In this document: positions 12,751-24,741 of the stretch, in pieces
Position numbering within the stretch: the first letter of the stretch is position 1
How the letters are laid out: every line of letters begins with the position of its first letter
Assembly (NCBI RefSeq): GCF_030028105.1
Contig: NC_092373.1
Coordinates: forward strand, 135,724,278-135,788,277
DNA: 64,000 nucleotides
Source: Mobula birostris
Taxonomy: Eukaryota
Reading direction: 5' to 3'
Position numbers and translations under genes: made by a program
The notes under the pieces: model-generated
What the model saw: only the letters and a program-made list of their open reading frames with translations
Told to the model about the DNA's origin: nothing
Database searches by the model: none

Positions 12751-13648
12751 AGAATGAACGTGCATGTGCATCTACTGACCCTGTGTAACGTTTGAGCAGA
12801 GAATCGTGATATAGTAGTCTGCAATGTTGCTATCGAGACAACTCCAACAGAGCTCAGCAGTGAGACAATAGCAGCCCACACAATGTGTGTCAAGAAGAAG
12901 TTCTGAAAGGTTCCCTAATGGTGTTGCCTAGAAGGATCACACAATCCATAAGCGTAGAAATGACTGTTTATTCTGGCTTATTACAAAGGATGTGTTTTAG
13001 GGTTAGTGGAAATGTTAGTCTATGGGAGTGCTCCTAATCCTGCAATTGCTGTACTCTCTGGTGGCCAGCTTCCCTAACCCTCAGGATTGATTCACTGGAC
13101 ACCAGAGTGAAAAGGACCCTCGCCAGGAGACTCCACCGCACAGATTCCTCAAGGAGAATTTCCCCTGGTTCTTCCGGAATGGTAGTCGGCACACGTGGTA
13201 GCTTCACCCCACCAAGGAGATTCCCATGGAAGGTCACAGCTGCTGTTGACAGAAGAGCAGCCTCAAAGAAGGGGAAGAGAGAATTGTCTATATCTCTTAT
13301 AGATATTATTTCTTTAAGTGTCGGTGTGACAGAATAACTTCAGCGCCTGGAATGAGCAATTTTTCTATCATTTTCAAATGCACAGGCACTGCTATGGAAG
13401 GGAGGCTGCTAACGATCCCTATGTCAAAGGGACCAACAACAGTGCAGTGTGACATAGTATAAATGATATTACAGGCCCTGGCTCGTTTTCATGTAACTGA
13501 CACTACTCAACAAATTCTACAGCCTGGCATTGCTCTTGTACGTCTAAGAGGCTGAGCAATGGTGCTGCAGGAAAGAACAAGATAACAGAGGTGGGAAAGC
13601 TTGGAGGGAAGCTCTCTCAACAGGAAGCCCTATCCAAACTACATTTTT

Positions 13649-14960
13649 TGTCATAAGGTGGGCATTGATGGCGGACCCAAATGCAAGACATAGACACTGA
13701 GGTACTAGGAACAGGACAAGGTGTGTCAAGAAAGCAAGGGAAGTGGGGAAGAAATGATGCCGGACAAGACACAGGCCCTGGACGAGGCTAGGATACAGGG
13801 CCTGGGCTAGGACTAGACTACGAAAGCGTGACCTGGACAAGGAACTAGGAACTTGGAACCTGGACAAGGAGTCCGAGCCAGAGACTGGACAGGGACCCAG
13901 AACCTGGGTCTTGACTTGGGCTCGGACTCCGGATCTAGGCAAGGACAAGACGTGGCAAGGCAACAGGACTGGATGTAGGACCCCTGGGCAGGACGCGGGA
14001 CCAGAACTAGATGAGGACATGAAGCTCAGACTTGGTCTTGGGAGACAAGAACGTAGAACACAGAGCCTTGGTCTTGGGAGACAGGAATACAGAACACAGA
14101 GGCTTTGTCTTGGCAGACAGGAACGCAGAACACAGAGCCTTGGTCTTGGGAGGCAGGAAGGCAGAACACAGAGCCTTGGTCTTGAGAGACAGGAATATGG
14201 AACATAGAGCCGGGACTCCTCCTTGGGAACAGGACATAGGGCCAGGGCTCATACACAGTATGCTGAACACAATGAGACAGTTCCCAACACAAGGTAGCAA
14301 CAAACGGCTGGACCTACCTAGCGAAGGTGTGAACACAGAGGTGGTTCCCAACACTAGGTAGCTGCAAACGGCCGGACCTATCTAGCGAAGGCGTGAACAC
14401 AGAGGCAGTTCCCAACTCAAGGTAGCAGCAAACGGCTGAACCTACCTAGCAAAGGCGAGGACACAAAGGGACAGTTCCAAACAACGAAAGACAGTTCCTT
14501 ATCTAGACACAGCAAGGCTCTGGTCTTGCTCCAGTGGTAGAACTTGACGGCAAGAATAGGCGAGGACACAGGCGAGGCTTCAGGCGAAAGGTAGCAGGCG
14601 AGGTTTCAGCCAAGGGCTACAGAAGGAAGGGGAAGGGAAGGGAACAGTCCAGCCTCAGGGTAAGGGCAAAGACGGCCTGGCTTACCCAACATAGGCAAGG
14701 ACAGGAAGGGACAGATCCAACCGCAGGGTAACAGCAAAGATGGCCTGACTTACCCCACAGAGGCGAGTACGGGATACTGACAAGACGAACCAGCACTCAC
14801 ACTCGAACCCGGGGCCACTTATATTCCCAGCCCCAAGATGAGCATCAGGTACCTATGATTAAGCCCAACAGAAACAAGGGACAGCCGGAAGACCCAGAGT
14901 CCGTAATCCACGGACCAGACCGTGAGCCAAAACGCAGACTTCACAGACTGGACCATGACA
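13649..14960 (-). mobile_element. Solo LTR (or internally deleted LTR element), 1312 bp, with internal tandem arrays
   Basis: Termini TGTCAT...ATGACA (6-bp inverted repeat) with TTTTT on both sides (13644-13648 and 14961-14965). ~36-bp repeats at ~14030-14210 and ~65-bp repeats at ~14290-14470. Minus-strand TATAAG at ~14817-14822. Confidence 0.75.
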
Positions 14961-15169
14961 TTTTTAGGAGCACTTCATCAAATTAACTTTGACAGAAGAA
15001 TAATTCTTGAGTAGACATTACTTCTTCATGGGAGTTCCCATAGTGATCAGCCACTTCCTGCAGCCAGACATTCACCCGGTCAGCAAGGCAAAACCCTTCA
15101 GGCAGTAGCAGGCAAAGAGACTACCACACTGAATAAAGTCCGAGGAACCAGCTGAGTGAGTGGACTAGG

Positions 15170-17110
15170 GGCATATAGAACACTAGATTTCCAAGCGGAA
15201 AAAATACGGTGTGGTGTATTTTGGTATGAAAAATGAAGAATGATAAAAATCAAAATGACTGCAAAACAAAAGCGAGTGCATATAATATAGCAGAAATGAG
15301 TGGAAGGTTAGAGGGTCAGGAAGCTTTTAAAAACCAACTGAAGGCAACTAAAAAAGCAATAAGGAGAGAAAAGATTAAATACGAAGGTAAATTAGCCAAT
15401 GACAAATAAGAGATACCAAAGGTTTTATTTAGATATATAGAGAGTAAAGGAGAGGTATGAGTGGATATTGGATTGTGGTAAAATGATGCTGGAGAACAAA
15501 CAAATGGTGGACGAACAGAGTAAGTATTTTGCATCAGACTTCAGTGTAGAAGATGCAGTATACCAGAAATTAGAGAGTGTCAAGGGCAGAGGTGTGTGTA
15601 ATTGTTATTGCTAAGGGGAAGGCACTTGGGAAGCTAAAAGGTCTAAAGATAGAAAGTCACTTGGACCAGATGAATTATACCCAAGTGTTCTGAAAGAGAT
15701 AGTGAAGGCATTAAAAGTGAACTTACAAAAATCACTAAATGTTTCCAGAAAACTGAAAAATTGCAAATGTAACTCCACTCTTTGAGAAGGGAGGGAGGCA
15801 AAAGAAAGGAATTTATGGGCCAGTTACCATGACTTCAGTGGTTGGGAGATATTGGAGCCCTTTCTTAAGGATGAGATATCTTAGTTCTTGGAGGTACACG
15901 ATAAAATTAGCTAATCTCAGCATTGTTTGTTTACAGGGAAACCTTACCTGACAAATCTGTTAGAATTCTATGAGGAAATAACAGGCAGGATAGACAGAGA
16001 GTCAGTGGATGTTCAGAAAACTTGGATTTTTAGAAGGTCTTTGACAGGTTCTACACACAAGGCTGCTTAACCAGATAAGAGCCCATGGTATTACAGGAGA
16101 GATACTAGTATGGATAGAAGATTAGCTGACTGGTAGGAGACAAAGTGTAGGAATAAAAGTGGCCTTTTCTGGTTGATCGCTGGTGGTGTTTTGCAGGGGT
16201 AGGTGTTGGGACCATTTCTTTTCGTGTTATATGTCAGTGATTTTGATAATGGAATTGATGCCTTTGTGGACAAGGTTGCAGAAAATATGAAGGTGGATGG
16301 AGGGGCAGGAAGCATTGGGGTAGGAAGGAGTCTGCAGAAGGACTTAGACAGATTTGGATAATGGGCAAAGAAATAGCCGATGGAATAATGTTGGGAAGTG
16401 TATGGTTATGCTCGTTGGTAGAAGGAGTAAGACCATAGACTAGTTTCTAAATGGGAAGAAAATTCAGAAAATCTAGAGGTGCAAAGGGACTTAGGAGTCC
16501 TCATGCAGGATTCCCTGAAGGTTAACTTGCAGGTTGATTTGATGGTAAGGAAGGGAAATGCAATGTTAGCATTCATTTTGAAAAGACTAGAATATATAAG
16601 CAAGGATATAATGCTGAGGCTTTATGTGGCATTAGTCAGACTACACAAGGAATATTGTGAGCAGTTTTGGGCCCCTTATCTAAAAAAAGATGTACTGGTA
16701 TTGGGGAGGGTCCAGAGGAGTTTCACGAAAATGATTCTGGGAATGAAAGGGTTAAAGTTTGAGGAGCATTTGATGTCCTTGGGCCCCTACTCACTGGAGT
16801 TTATAAGAATGTGGGGTGTAGATAAGGTGGACGGACACAACCTTTTTTCCCGGGGTAGGAGAGTCTAAAGCCAGAGGATATAGATTTATAGTGAGAGGGG
16901 GAAGATCTAAAGGGGACCTGAGGGAATCATTTTCACACAGAGGGTGGTTGATACATGGAATGAGCTCCCAGATAAAAAAAAATGTATATTTATAAGGCAT
17001 TTAGACAGCAACAAGGATAGAAAAGTTTAACATGGATATGGACCAAATACAAGCAAATGGGATGAGTCTAGTTGGTATGGCTGAAGAGCATGTTTGTTGA
17101 CCCTATAATT
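15170..17110 (+). mobile_element. Degraded CR1 LINE (RT and 3' end)
   Basis: ORF 16479..16868 QRDLGVLMQDSLKV...YCEQFWAPYLKKD; the CR1 3' tail ends at ~17110. Confidence 0.85.
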
Positions 17111-17337
17111 TAAATGGTGAAAGACTTGTAGTGCAAACACACAAGAAGCTAACGTTGCTTTAGCAGTTGATATTATGGTCCTTATCATTTTGTTATCATT
17201 TTTTCAGCTTCTTTTTCTTTTAACGAATTTCAAATATTTATTTTGATATCATCTACAAATTTCAGCATGTATTTTTAAATTTACATTTCTGTAACTAACT
17301 ATCTGCCCTTCATCAGCAATTTCTGCTGCAACAGTGA

Positions 17338-17390
17338 TTGCAAAATCGTTGTTTTGCTTAACCGGGTTGTTCAGCTCGGATTATAAGTAT
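17338..17390 (+). promoter_or_regulatory. Candidate chemokine core promoter: C/EBP-like TTGCAAAATCGT (17338-17349) and TATA-like TATAAG (17382-17387)
   Basis: Motif match and position ~80-130 bp upstream of the ATG only; transcription start not known. Confidence 0.35.
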
Positions 17391-17468
17391 TGGTGTAAGG
17401 CAAACAGAAGACACAGAGGAAGAACCAGGCTGAATCAGAAAGGCAAGACGAAAAGACTCAAGCTCACA

Positions 17469-17532
17469 ATGAACTATAGCGTTAGCTTCATATTCTTGCT
17501 GCTCCTTGGAAATTATGCAGCTTTCTTTATGG
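17469..17532 (+). CDS. CXC chemokine exon 1 (signal peptide, 64 nt coding)
   Basis: MNYSVSFIFLLLLGNYAAFFM + G|GTGAG donor, phase 1. Confidence 0.88.
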
Positions 17533-19296
17533 GTGAGGAAAATACTCTACATTTTGAATTTCGTTGTCTTGATTAAGAATCAGCTTAATAGCACTCTGTT
17601 TAAGAAAAAATGCTGGTAACCTGCAATAACAGCAGAACATGTAACAAATACTCAACGGGTCAGTGAAATAGAGTTAGCATTTGTGGCCATGAGAAATGGA
17701 AAAATGTGAAAGTAAGTGTGTTTTAAGTAGAAATGAGGGAGAGAGTTCAAGAGAGCAAAGCAAATGCCTGCAAAAGAATGGAGACCATAAACTTAAAAGT
17801 TGTCCATAATAGACTTGACACTATTCTATTACATACATTTGCTTTGCTTTCCTATTTGTGGTTTAAACTTTGTGGATGTGAATACATAATCTATTTGATA
17901 TTTTGATGCAATACTGAGACCGCCACACTATAACAGTTGCCACATTTTGAGAGAGATGCTAAACCACAATAAATAGTTTCTCCAATTAACTCAATAAGCT
18001 CTGAAAATGCCATAAACATCTCAATTTGCTTCTCTTTCCAATTAGGAAGGTCCATACAACCGAGGTATGTACAAGTAGTCCGCAAAATTAATTCAATGAG
18101 CCTCATCATCAGGTGTATCTTTTAACTCTGCACTCAATCTGTTCTGAGAAAGCTAAGATCCCTGAGCAAACAACCTATATTTACTCCTATGGTTAGAACT
18201 GATATGACAGCTGATCCATAAACAGGAACAGATGTAGTGATATTCTGTACCATAAAGGATGCAGAAGGTACTTACTGGAATGGTTACAGGAATGATGCAT
18301 CTCAGAAAAAATAGTTAAATTGGAATGACTGGGCTTGTCAGTTTGGAGCAAGAAAGATTGAGAATTCTGCTAGAAGTGCACAATATTTCAGGTACAGGAC
18401 TTTCAACAAAACATCAAAAAAATCAATTTCGTCTGGGTCTCAGACCAATTTGGGACTACAGTGAGTTGATATGTTCAAATAATGTGACAATCAAGAGGCA
18501 ACTAAAACTGGATTCATCCAGTCTGTACAGTATGTTACCAGCAGGCCAGTCTATACAAAAAAAAGGGCAAAATAAAACGAATAGCAGACACAATTGGCCA
18601 GTGATTATGGCAATGGAAAGAAAGGTGAGCTTCACAAAGTTGAAACATTCACTGTTGAGTCATGTAGGCTACAAAGTGCACAGGCAGAAGTCGAGAAGTC
18701 TTTTCTCAAGCTTAACAATCAGTCTCATTGTAACAGTACAGAAAGTCATAGAGAAGGTCATATTACAAATACTGAACGCAATAAACCTCTATTATGGAAA
18801 ACAAATGTTTACAACATTTTATGCTTCATTTTACAGCTGCTCCTGTAAATGACAAGGTGAACTTAAAATGTCGGTGTGTGAAATATGAAAGTAAGGAGAT
18901 ACCCCGAAATCAGATCAGTAACATTGAAATCTTCAACATCAACGCAAATTGCCGCATTCCAGAGGTCATGTAAGAATTGTTCATGTACTTAAATACTCAT
19001 TCTTATATTTTATTGGGGCAATCCTGAAAATCTGGAAAAATTATGTGAATGATATTTGTATCTACAGATTATCTGTCAAAGGTAAAAGGGACAATCAAAA
19101 GAATTCTTTAAAAATTGACATTTTAAATCAAACAACATGGCAGTTCACCAAAAAAAATCAAAAAACTAAAGAGATAAAATTTTTCCTTCTTTCTTTCAGA
19201 GCTGATTTGAAGTCAGGCACTAAAGTCTGTTTACATGGGAAGAACAAGTGGGTGAAGGCTTTTATTGATGAATTACTGAAATCTACTTCAATGTAG
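17469..19296 (+). CDS. CXC chemokine, ELR-negative, 97 aa, 3 coding exons: MNYSVSFIFLLLLGNYAAFFMAAPVNDKVNLKCRCVKYESKEIPRNQISNIEIFNINANCRIPEVIADLKSGTKVCLHGKNKWVKAFIDELLKSTSM
   Basis: join(17469..17532,18837..18969,19200..19296); GT-AG introns, phases 1 and 2, frame intact. Signal peptide; C-x-C-x24-C-x15-C spacing as in CXCL8/CXCL10; Trp and C-terminal amphipathic helix. Orthology cannot be assigned by eye. Confidence 0.93.
18837..18969 (+). CDS. CXC chemokine exon 2 (133 nt; CRC motif and third Cys)
   Basis: TTTTACAG| acceptor; APVNDKVNLKCRCVK...NANCRIPEV; AT|GTAAG donor. Confidence 0.95.
19200..19296 (+). CDS. CXC chemokine exon 3 (fourth Cys, helix, stop)
   Basis: Polypyrimidine TTTTTCCTTCTTTCTTTCAG| acceptor; ADLKSGTKVCLHGKNKWVKAFIDELLKSTSM*. 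Confidence 0.92.
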
Positions 19297-21830
19297 AATA
19301 CCTTTTGAAGGACTTCAATGCTGCAACAATATCAAGAGGATATGAAACAGGCTCTCTAGCTATAAACTTTACCTTAATTGAAAGTCGTTAATTCTGGAAG
19401 AAGGACTGTATCTACAATATTAATAATGCTAAGCAAATGGCCTTCTAAATTAACATATGTTTTCCTAAATATAATACTGAATTGCCTTTCTCTTCTCTAT
19501 CAAGCAAAACCCTCCACCATAAACCCATAGAATGAGGATTGTAGCAGATTATTCTGTCCATTTATCCTTGATATTCGATTACTCACACTCTCGACTCTTC
19601 ATCTTCCTCCCATTCCCTCAAGACTCATTCATCTGCCACCCATTCCCTCACTTCAGCTGCTTTTCAAAACCACGCAGATTTCTCCATTTCTAAACTTCTT
19701 CCTAGAGCTTCAGTGAAAGTTACCATTTAATTTCCTTCTACTATATACTTTTCGGTAACACACTTTATATTAACAGCTTTCTCCCTTGTTTTGCATACGG
19801 TGCTTTTGCTAATTTCTTGAAATTGGTGCCCCCTTAGTTACTGACACTGCCACCGCTGGAAGCAGCTTTAGATTGCTTTTGTTATCATATACAGTAATTA
19901 ATGTTTCAAATCTCCCCATCCCTGTCTGTACAAGATGTACAAGATACTCCAGTTTCTCAATAAAACAGAAATTCCACAAATATTTCATTCTGTATTTCAG
20001 TAAAGGTACTACAGCTATTGGCAATTCAGGATGGAGATGAATGAATTACTATACCTTTCCTGATCTAATGACATTATGAATTCAAGAGCAAAAGACCACA
20101 GTCCTGCTCCAGCTTTTTCCAGCCACTGCTCCTTTCTTTTCTGTCATTTTCTGTTATTTCCCTTTTCTCTGCCAGTAACAGCACAAGAATTACTAAATTA
20201 ATGCACATATATAATGCTGGTAAATGGCCTTCACTTTGACAGTATGGCTTCATATAATTTTAAGCTATAAGCAATGTGGAGCAACAAGAAATATGCCTAG
20301 AAGCTTGCTGTATTTTCGATATGAAAACTTATGGATGTTTCAATAAACTGTTTTTGAATCCAGTTATTGTATCCTGGACATCATTTTGGAAAGAGACGGG
20401 GAGAGTGAACACAAGAATTAACTCAATTAGTCACAGAGCTGTACAAAACAGAAAGGCACCTTTCAGCCCATCACTTCCACACCATCCTGTGAAGGAGGGG
20501 AACTGTGTAGCCAGTGCAGAGTACATCTGCGGCCGTTCCCTCAATAATAATTATACAATTTCAGATACAATTGATGGGGAACAACCTACCGGGGGAGCCA
20601 CAGTGACTGAGCCTCTGGCGCTGAGTCTGGTGCTGTGGCTCAGAACAGCAGAGGGGTGAAGAGGACGGCAGTGTTGATAGGAGATTCCTTAGTCAGAGGA
20701 ACTGAGGTGAGGTTCCGTGGGTGTGATAGAGATACCTGGATGATATGTTGCCTCCCTGGTGCCAGGATCAGGGATGTCACAGATCGGGTCCTTGACATTC
20801 TCAAGGTGACAAGGTGAGGAGGTCCTGAAGAGAGATTTTAGGGAGCTAGGTAGGAAGCTGGGAAACAGGACCTCCAAGGTAGTAATCTCTGGATTGCTGT
20901 CTGTGCCATATGCCAGTGAGTGTAAGAATAGGATGCTTTGGCAGGTGAAGGTGTGGCTGAAGAACTGGTGCAGGGGACAGAGGTTCAGATTTCTGGATCA
21001 TTGGGATCTCTTCTGGGGAAGTTATGACCGGTACAAAAGTGTTGGGTTACACCTGGACCGCGGAGATCCAATATCCTTACGGGCAGGTTAGCTAGAGTTA
21101 TTGGGGTGTGTTTAAACTAATCTGGCAGGGAGATGGGAACTGAAATTTTAGTTTTGAAGATGAGGTAGTTGGTCTACAAATAGAGCCAATGGGTAGTGAG
21201 ACTCCTAGCAAGGAGAGGCTGATGATAGGGCAAAATTGCAGTCAACAGGATGAGCTGAAACATAAATTGCAGACAAAATTGAATAGGGTGAATACAGGAT
21301 TGCAGTTGTTATATTTGAATTTGTGCAGTATACAGAAGGTAGATGAATGTGTCGCACAGTTACAGATTGGCATGTATGATGCTGTAGCCATCACTGGATC
21401 ATGGCTGAAAGAAGATTACAGCTGGGAAGTTTATATCCAAGGATACACACTGTATCAAAAGTACAGGCAGAGAGGCGGTATTGCTCTGTTGGTAAAATTG
21501 AAATCAAATCATTAGGGTCAAAAGGTGTTGAATCATTGTGGATAGAGTTAAGGAACTGCAAGGATAAAAAGACCTTGATGGGAGTTGTATACAGAACCCA
21601 AACAGTAGTAAGGATGTGGCCTACAAATTACAATAAGAGATAGAAAATGCATGTCAAAAGGGCAATGTTATAATAGTCATGGGGGACTTCAATATGCAGG
21701 TAGATTGGGAAAATTAGATTGGTGCTGGATTCCAAGGGGGGAGTTTCTAGAATGCCTACGAGATGGCTTTTTAGAGCAACTCATGGTTGCGCTCACTAGG
21801 GGATCAGCTATTCTGGATTGGGTGTTGTGT

Positions 21831-22307
21831 GTTGGTTGTCCATGGTTTCCGACGATGACATAAACCTCTGCGGGAGGAGTTTTACGGTGGAAAAAGTAGT
21901 TGCACTGGGGCAGTTCCACTCTCTCGGTCTTAAAAATCTTGGTCCAAAGGTATGAAAAATCACCACGACTGGGGACTTCCTCGGCTGCAGTGGATGGCCA
22001 TGATGCCTTTTGTGCTTTGTCGTGCCCTTTGTTCTCCACAAAGTGTTGCAGCACCGCTTTCTTGGCCATTGGAAATGTAGTTGATCTCATCTGCCCAGTC
22101 CATCAGAACTGGCTTCGTATGCTGGGGTAAGCATATCCCTATCTCACTGGGGTGAAGTTTCCCAGCTACCCTCACCTGGCTTAGCCCGCCAGTCGACGTA
22201 GAGCCAGGGGGCAGGTGGGAACCAAAGGTGGACAGACTACCCTGGGCAGAGCATGACAAGCCCACCACCAGAGGTGCTATCCTTCCCTAGACACACCATA
22301 CACCCCA
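21831..22307 (-). mobile_element. Non-autonomous bipartite RTE-derived element (RTE 5' UTR fused to RTE 3' end), 477 bp
   Basis: TSD GGTGTT(G/A)TGT at 21821-21830 and 22308-22317. 5' part matches the 5' UTR of the RTE at 12240-12457. 3' end ...CATCGTCGGAAACCATGGACAACCAAC is RTE-like. Confidence 0.78.
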
Positions 22308-23148
22308 GGTGTTATGTAATGAACTGGAATTTGTTAGAGAGCTTAAGGTAAAAGAACCATTTGGGGCAAGTGATCATAATATGATTGAATTCACCCTGAG
22401 GAGAAAATAAAGTCAGATATTTCAGTATTACAGTGGAGTAAAGGAAATTACAGAGTCATGAGGAAGGAGTTGGCCACAATTGATTAGAAAAGAACAGTGG
22501 CAGGGATGGCTGGAAATTCTGGAAGTAATTCAGAAGGCACAGGATATATACATCCCAAAGAGGAAGCAGTATTTTAAAGGCAAGATGACACAACCGTGGC
22601 TAACAAGGGAAATCAAAGCCAACATAAAAGCCAAAGAGAGGGCATTTAATAGAGCAAAAATTAGTGGGAAGTTAGGAGATTGGGAAGCTTTTAAAAACCA
22701 ACAGAAGAAAGACAACTAAAAAAGTCATTAAGAAGGCAAAAACAGAGTACAAAAGAAAGCTAGCTTATAATATTAAAGAGGATACCAAATATTTCCTTGG
22801 ATACATAAAGTGTAAAAGAGAAGCGAGAGTGGATATTAGACCACTGGAAAACAATGCTCGAGAGATAGTAATGCAGGACAATGAAATAATGGACAAAAAG
22901 AAGTACTTTGCATCAGTCTTCACTGTGTAAGACAATAACAGTGTGGGGGAAGTTCCAGGTATCAGGGGTCATGAAGTGTGTGAAGTTACCATAACTAGAG
23001 AGAAGGTTCTTGGGAAACTGAAAGGTCTGAAGGTAGATAAGTCACCTGGACCAGATGGTGTACACCACAGAGTTCTGAAAGACATGGCTGAAGAGATTGT
23101 GGAGGCATTAAAGATCTTTCAAGAATCACTAGATTCTGGAGTGGTTCA

Positions 23149-24741
23149 TAGAAACATAGAAAATAGGTGCAGGAGTAGGTCATTCTGCCCTTCAAGCCTG
23201 TACCACCATTCAGTATGGTCATGGCTGATCATCCAACTCAGAACCCCGTACCAGCCTTCCCTCCATACCCCCTGATCCCTTTAGCCACAAGGGCCATATC
23301 TAACTCCCTCTTAAATATAGCCAATGAACTGGCCTCAACTGTTTCCTGTGGCAGAGAATTCCACAGATTCACCACTCTCTGTGTGAAGAAGTTTTTCCTA
23401 ATCTCGGTCCTAAAAGGCTTTCCCTTTATCCTCAAACTGTGACCCCTCGCTCTGGACTTCCCCAACATCGGGAACAATCTTCCTGCATCTAGCCTATCCA
23501 ATCCCTTTAGGATTTTATATGTTTCAATAAGATCTTCCCTCAATCTTCTAAATTCCTAATGAGTATAAGCCTAGTCGATCCAGTCTTTCATCATATGAAA
23601 GTCTTGCCATCCCAGGAATCAATCTGGTGAACCTTCTTTGTACTCCCTCTATGGCAAGGATGTCTTTCCTCAGATTAGGGGACCAAAACTGCACACAATA
23701 CTCCAGGTGTGGTCTCACCAAGGCCTTGTACAACTGCAGTAGCACCTCCCTGCTCCTGTACTCGAATCCTCTTGCTATGAATGCCAGCATACCATTCGCC
23801 TTTTTCACCGTCTGCTGTACCTGCATGCCCACTTTCCAATGACTGGTGTACAATGACACCCAGGTCTCGTTGCACCTCCCCTTTTCCTAATCGGTCACCA
23901 TTCAAATAATAATCTGTTTTCCTGTTTTTGCCACCAAAGTGGATAACCTCACATTTATCCACATTAAGTTGCACCTGCCATGAATTTGCCCACTCACCTA
24001 ATCTATCCAAGTCACCCTGCATCCTCTTAGCATCCTCCTCACAGCTAACACTGCTGCCCAGCTTCATGTCATCCGCAAACTTGGAGATGCTGCATTTAAT
24101 TCCCTCATCTAAATCATTAATATATATTTTAAACAACTGGGGTCCCAGCACTGAGCCTTGCGGTACCCCACTAGTCACTGCCTGCCATTCTGAAAAGGTC
24201 CCGTTTATTCCCACTCTTTGCTTCCTGTCTGCCAACCAATTCTCTATCCACATCAATACCTTACCCCCAATACCGCGTGCTTTAAGTTTGCACACAAATC
24301 TCCTGTGTGGGACCTTGTCAAAAGCCTTTTGAAAATCCAAATATACCACATCCACTGGTTCTCCCCTATCCACTCTACTAGTTACGTCCTCAAAAAATTC
24401 TATGAGATTCGTCAGACATGATTTTCCTTTCACAAATCCATGCTGACTTTGTCCGATGATTTCACCGCTTTCCAAATGTGCTGTTATCACATCTTTGATA
24501 ACTGACTCTAGCATTTTCCCCACCACCGATGTTAGGCTAACTGGTCTATAATTCCCCGGTTCCTCTCTCCCTCTTTTTTTAAAAAGTGGGTTACATTAGC
24601 CACCCTCCAATCCTCAGGAACTAGTCCAGGATCTAAGGAGTCTTGAAAAATTATCACTAATGCATCTACTATTTCTTGGGCTACTTCCTTAAGCAGTCTG
24701 GGATGCAGACCATCTGGCCCTGGGGATTTATCTGCCTTTAA
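23149..24741 (-). mobile_element. 5'-truncated, younger CR1 inserted into an older CR1
   Basis: 283-aa RT ORF 23675..24526 (SKFADDMKLG); 7-bp TSD TGGTTCA at 23142-23148 and 24742-24748. Confidence 0.92.

Noticed and set aside
13034-13337. Overlapping ORFs in the unexplained 12750-13640 segment
   Set aside because: No recognisable domain or splice structure; probably old repeat or neutral DNA, which cannot be resolved without a database search.
18325-18852. 175-aa ORF and overlapping 84-aa ORF (18594..18848, containing HCNSTE, superficially chemokine-like)
   Set aside because: Both lie in chemokine intron 1, lack a CXC motif, signal peptide or sensible splice sites, and sit in AT-rich sequence where chance ORFs are expected.
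18949-19296. 115-aa single-exon ORF
   Set aside because: Only the last 31 aa are real (exon 3); the rest reads through intron 2.
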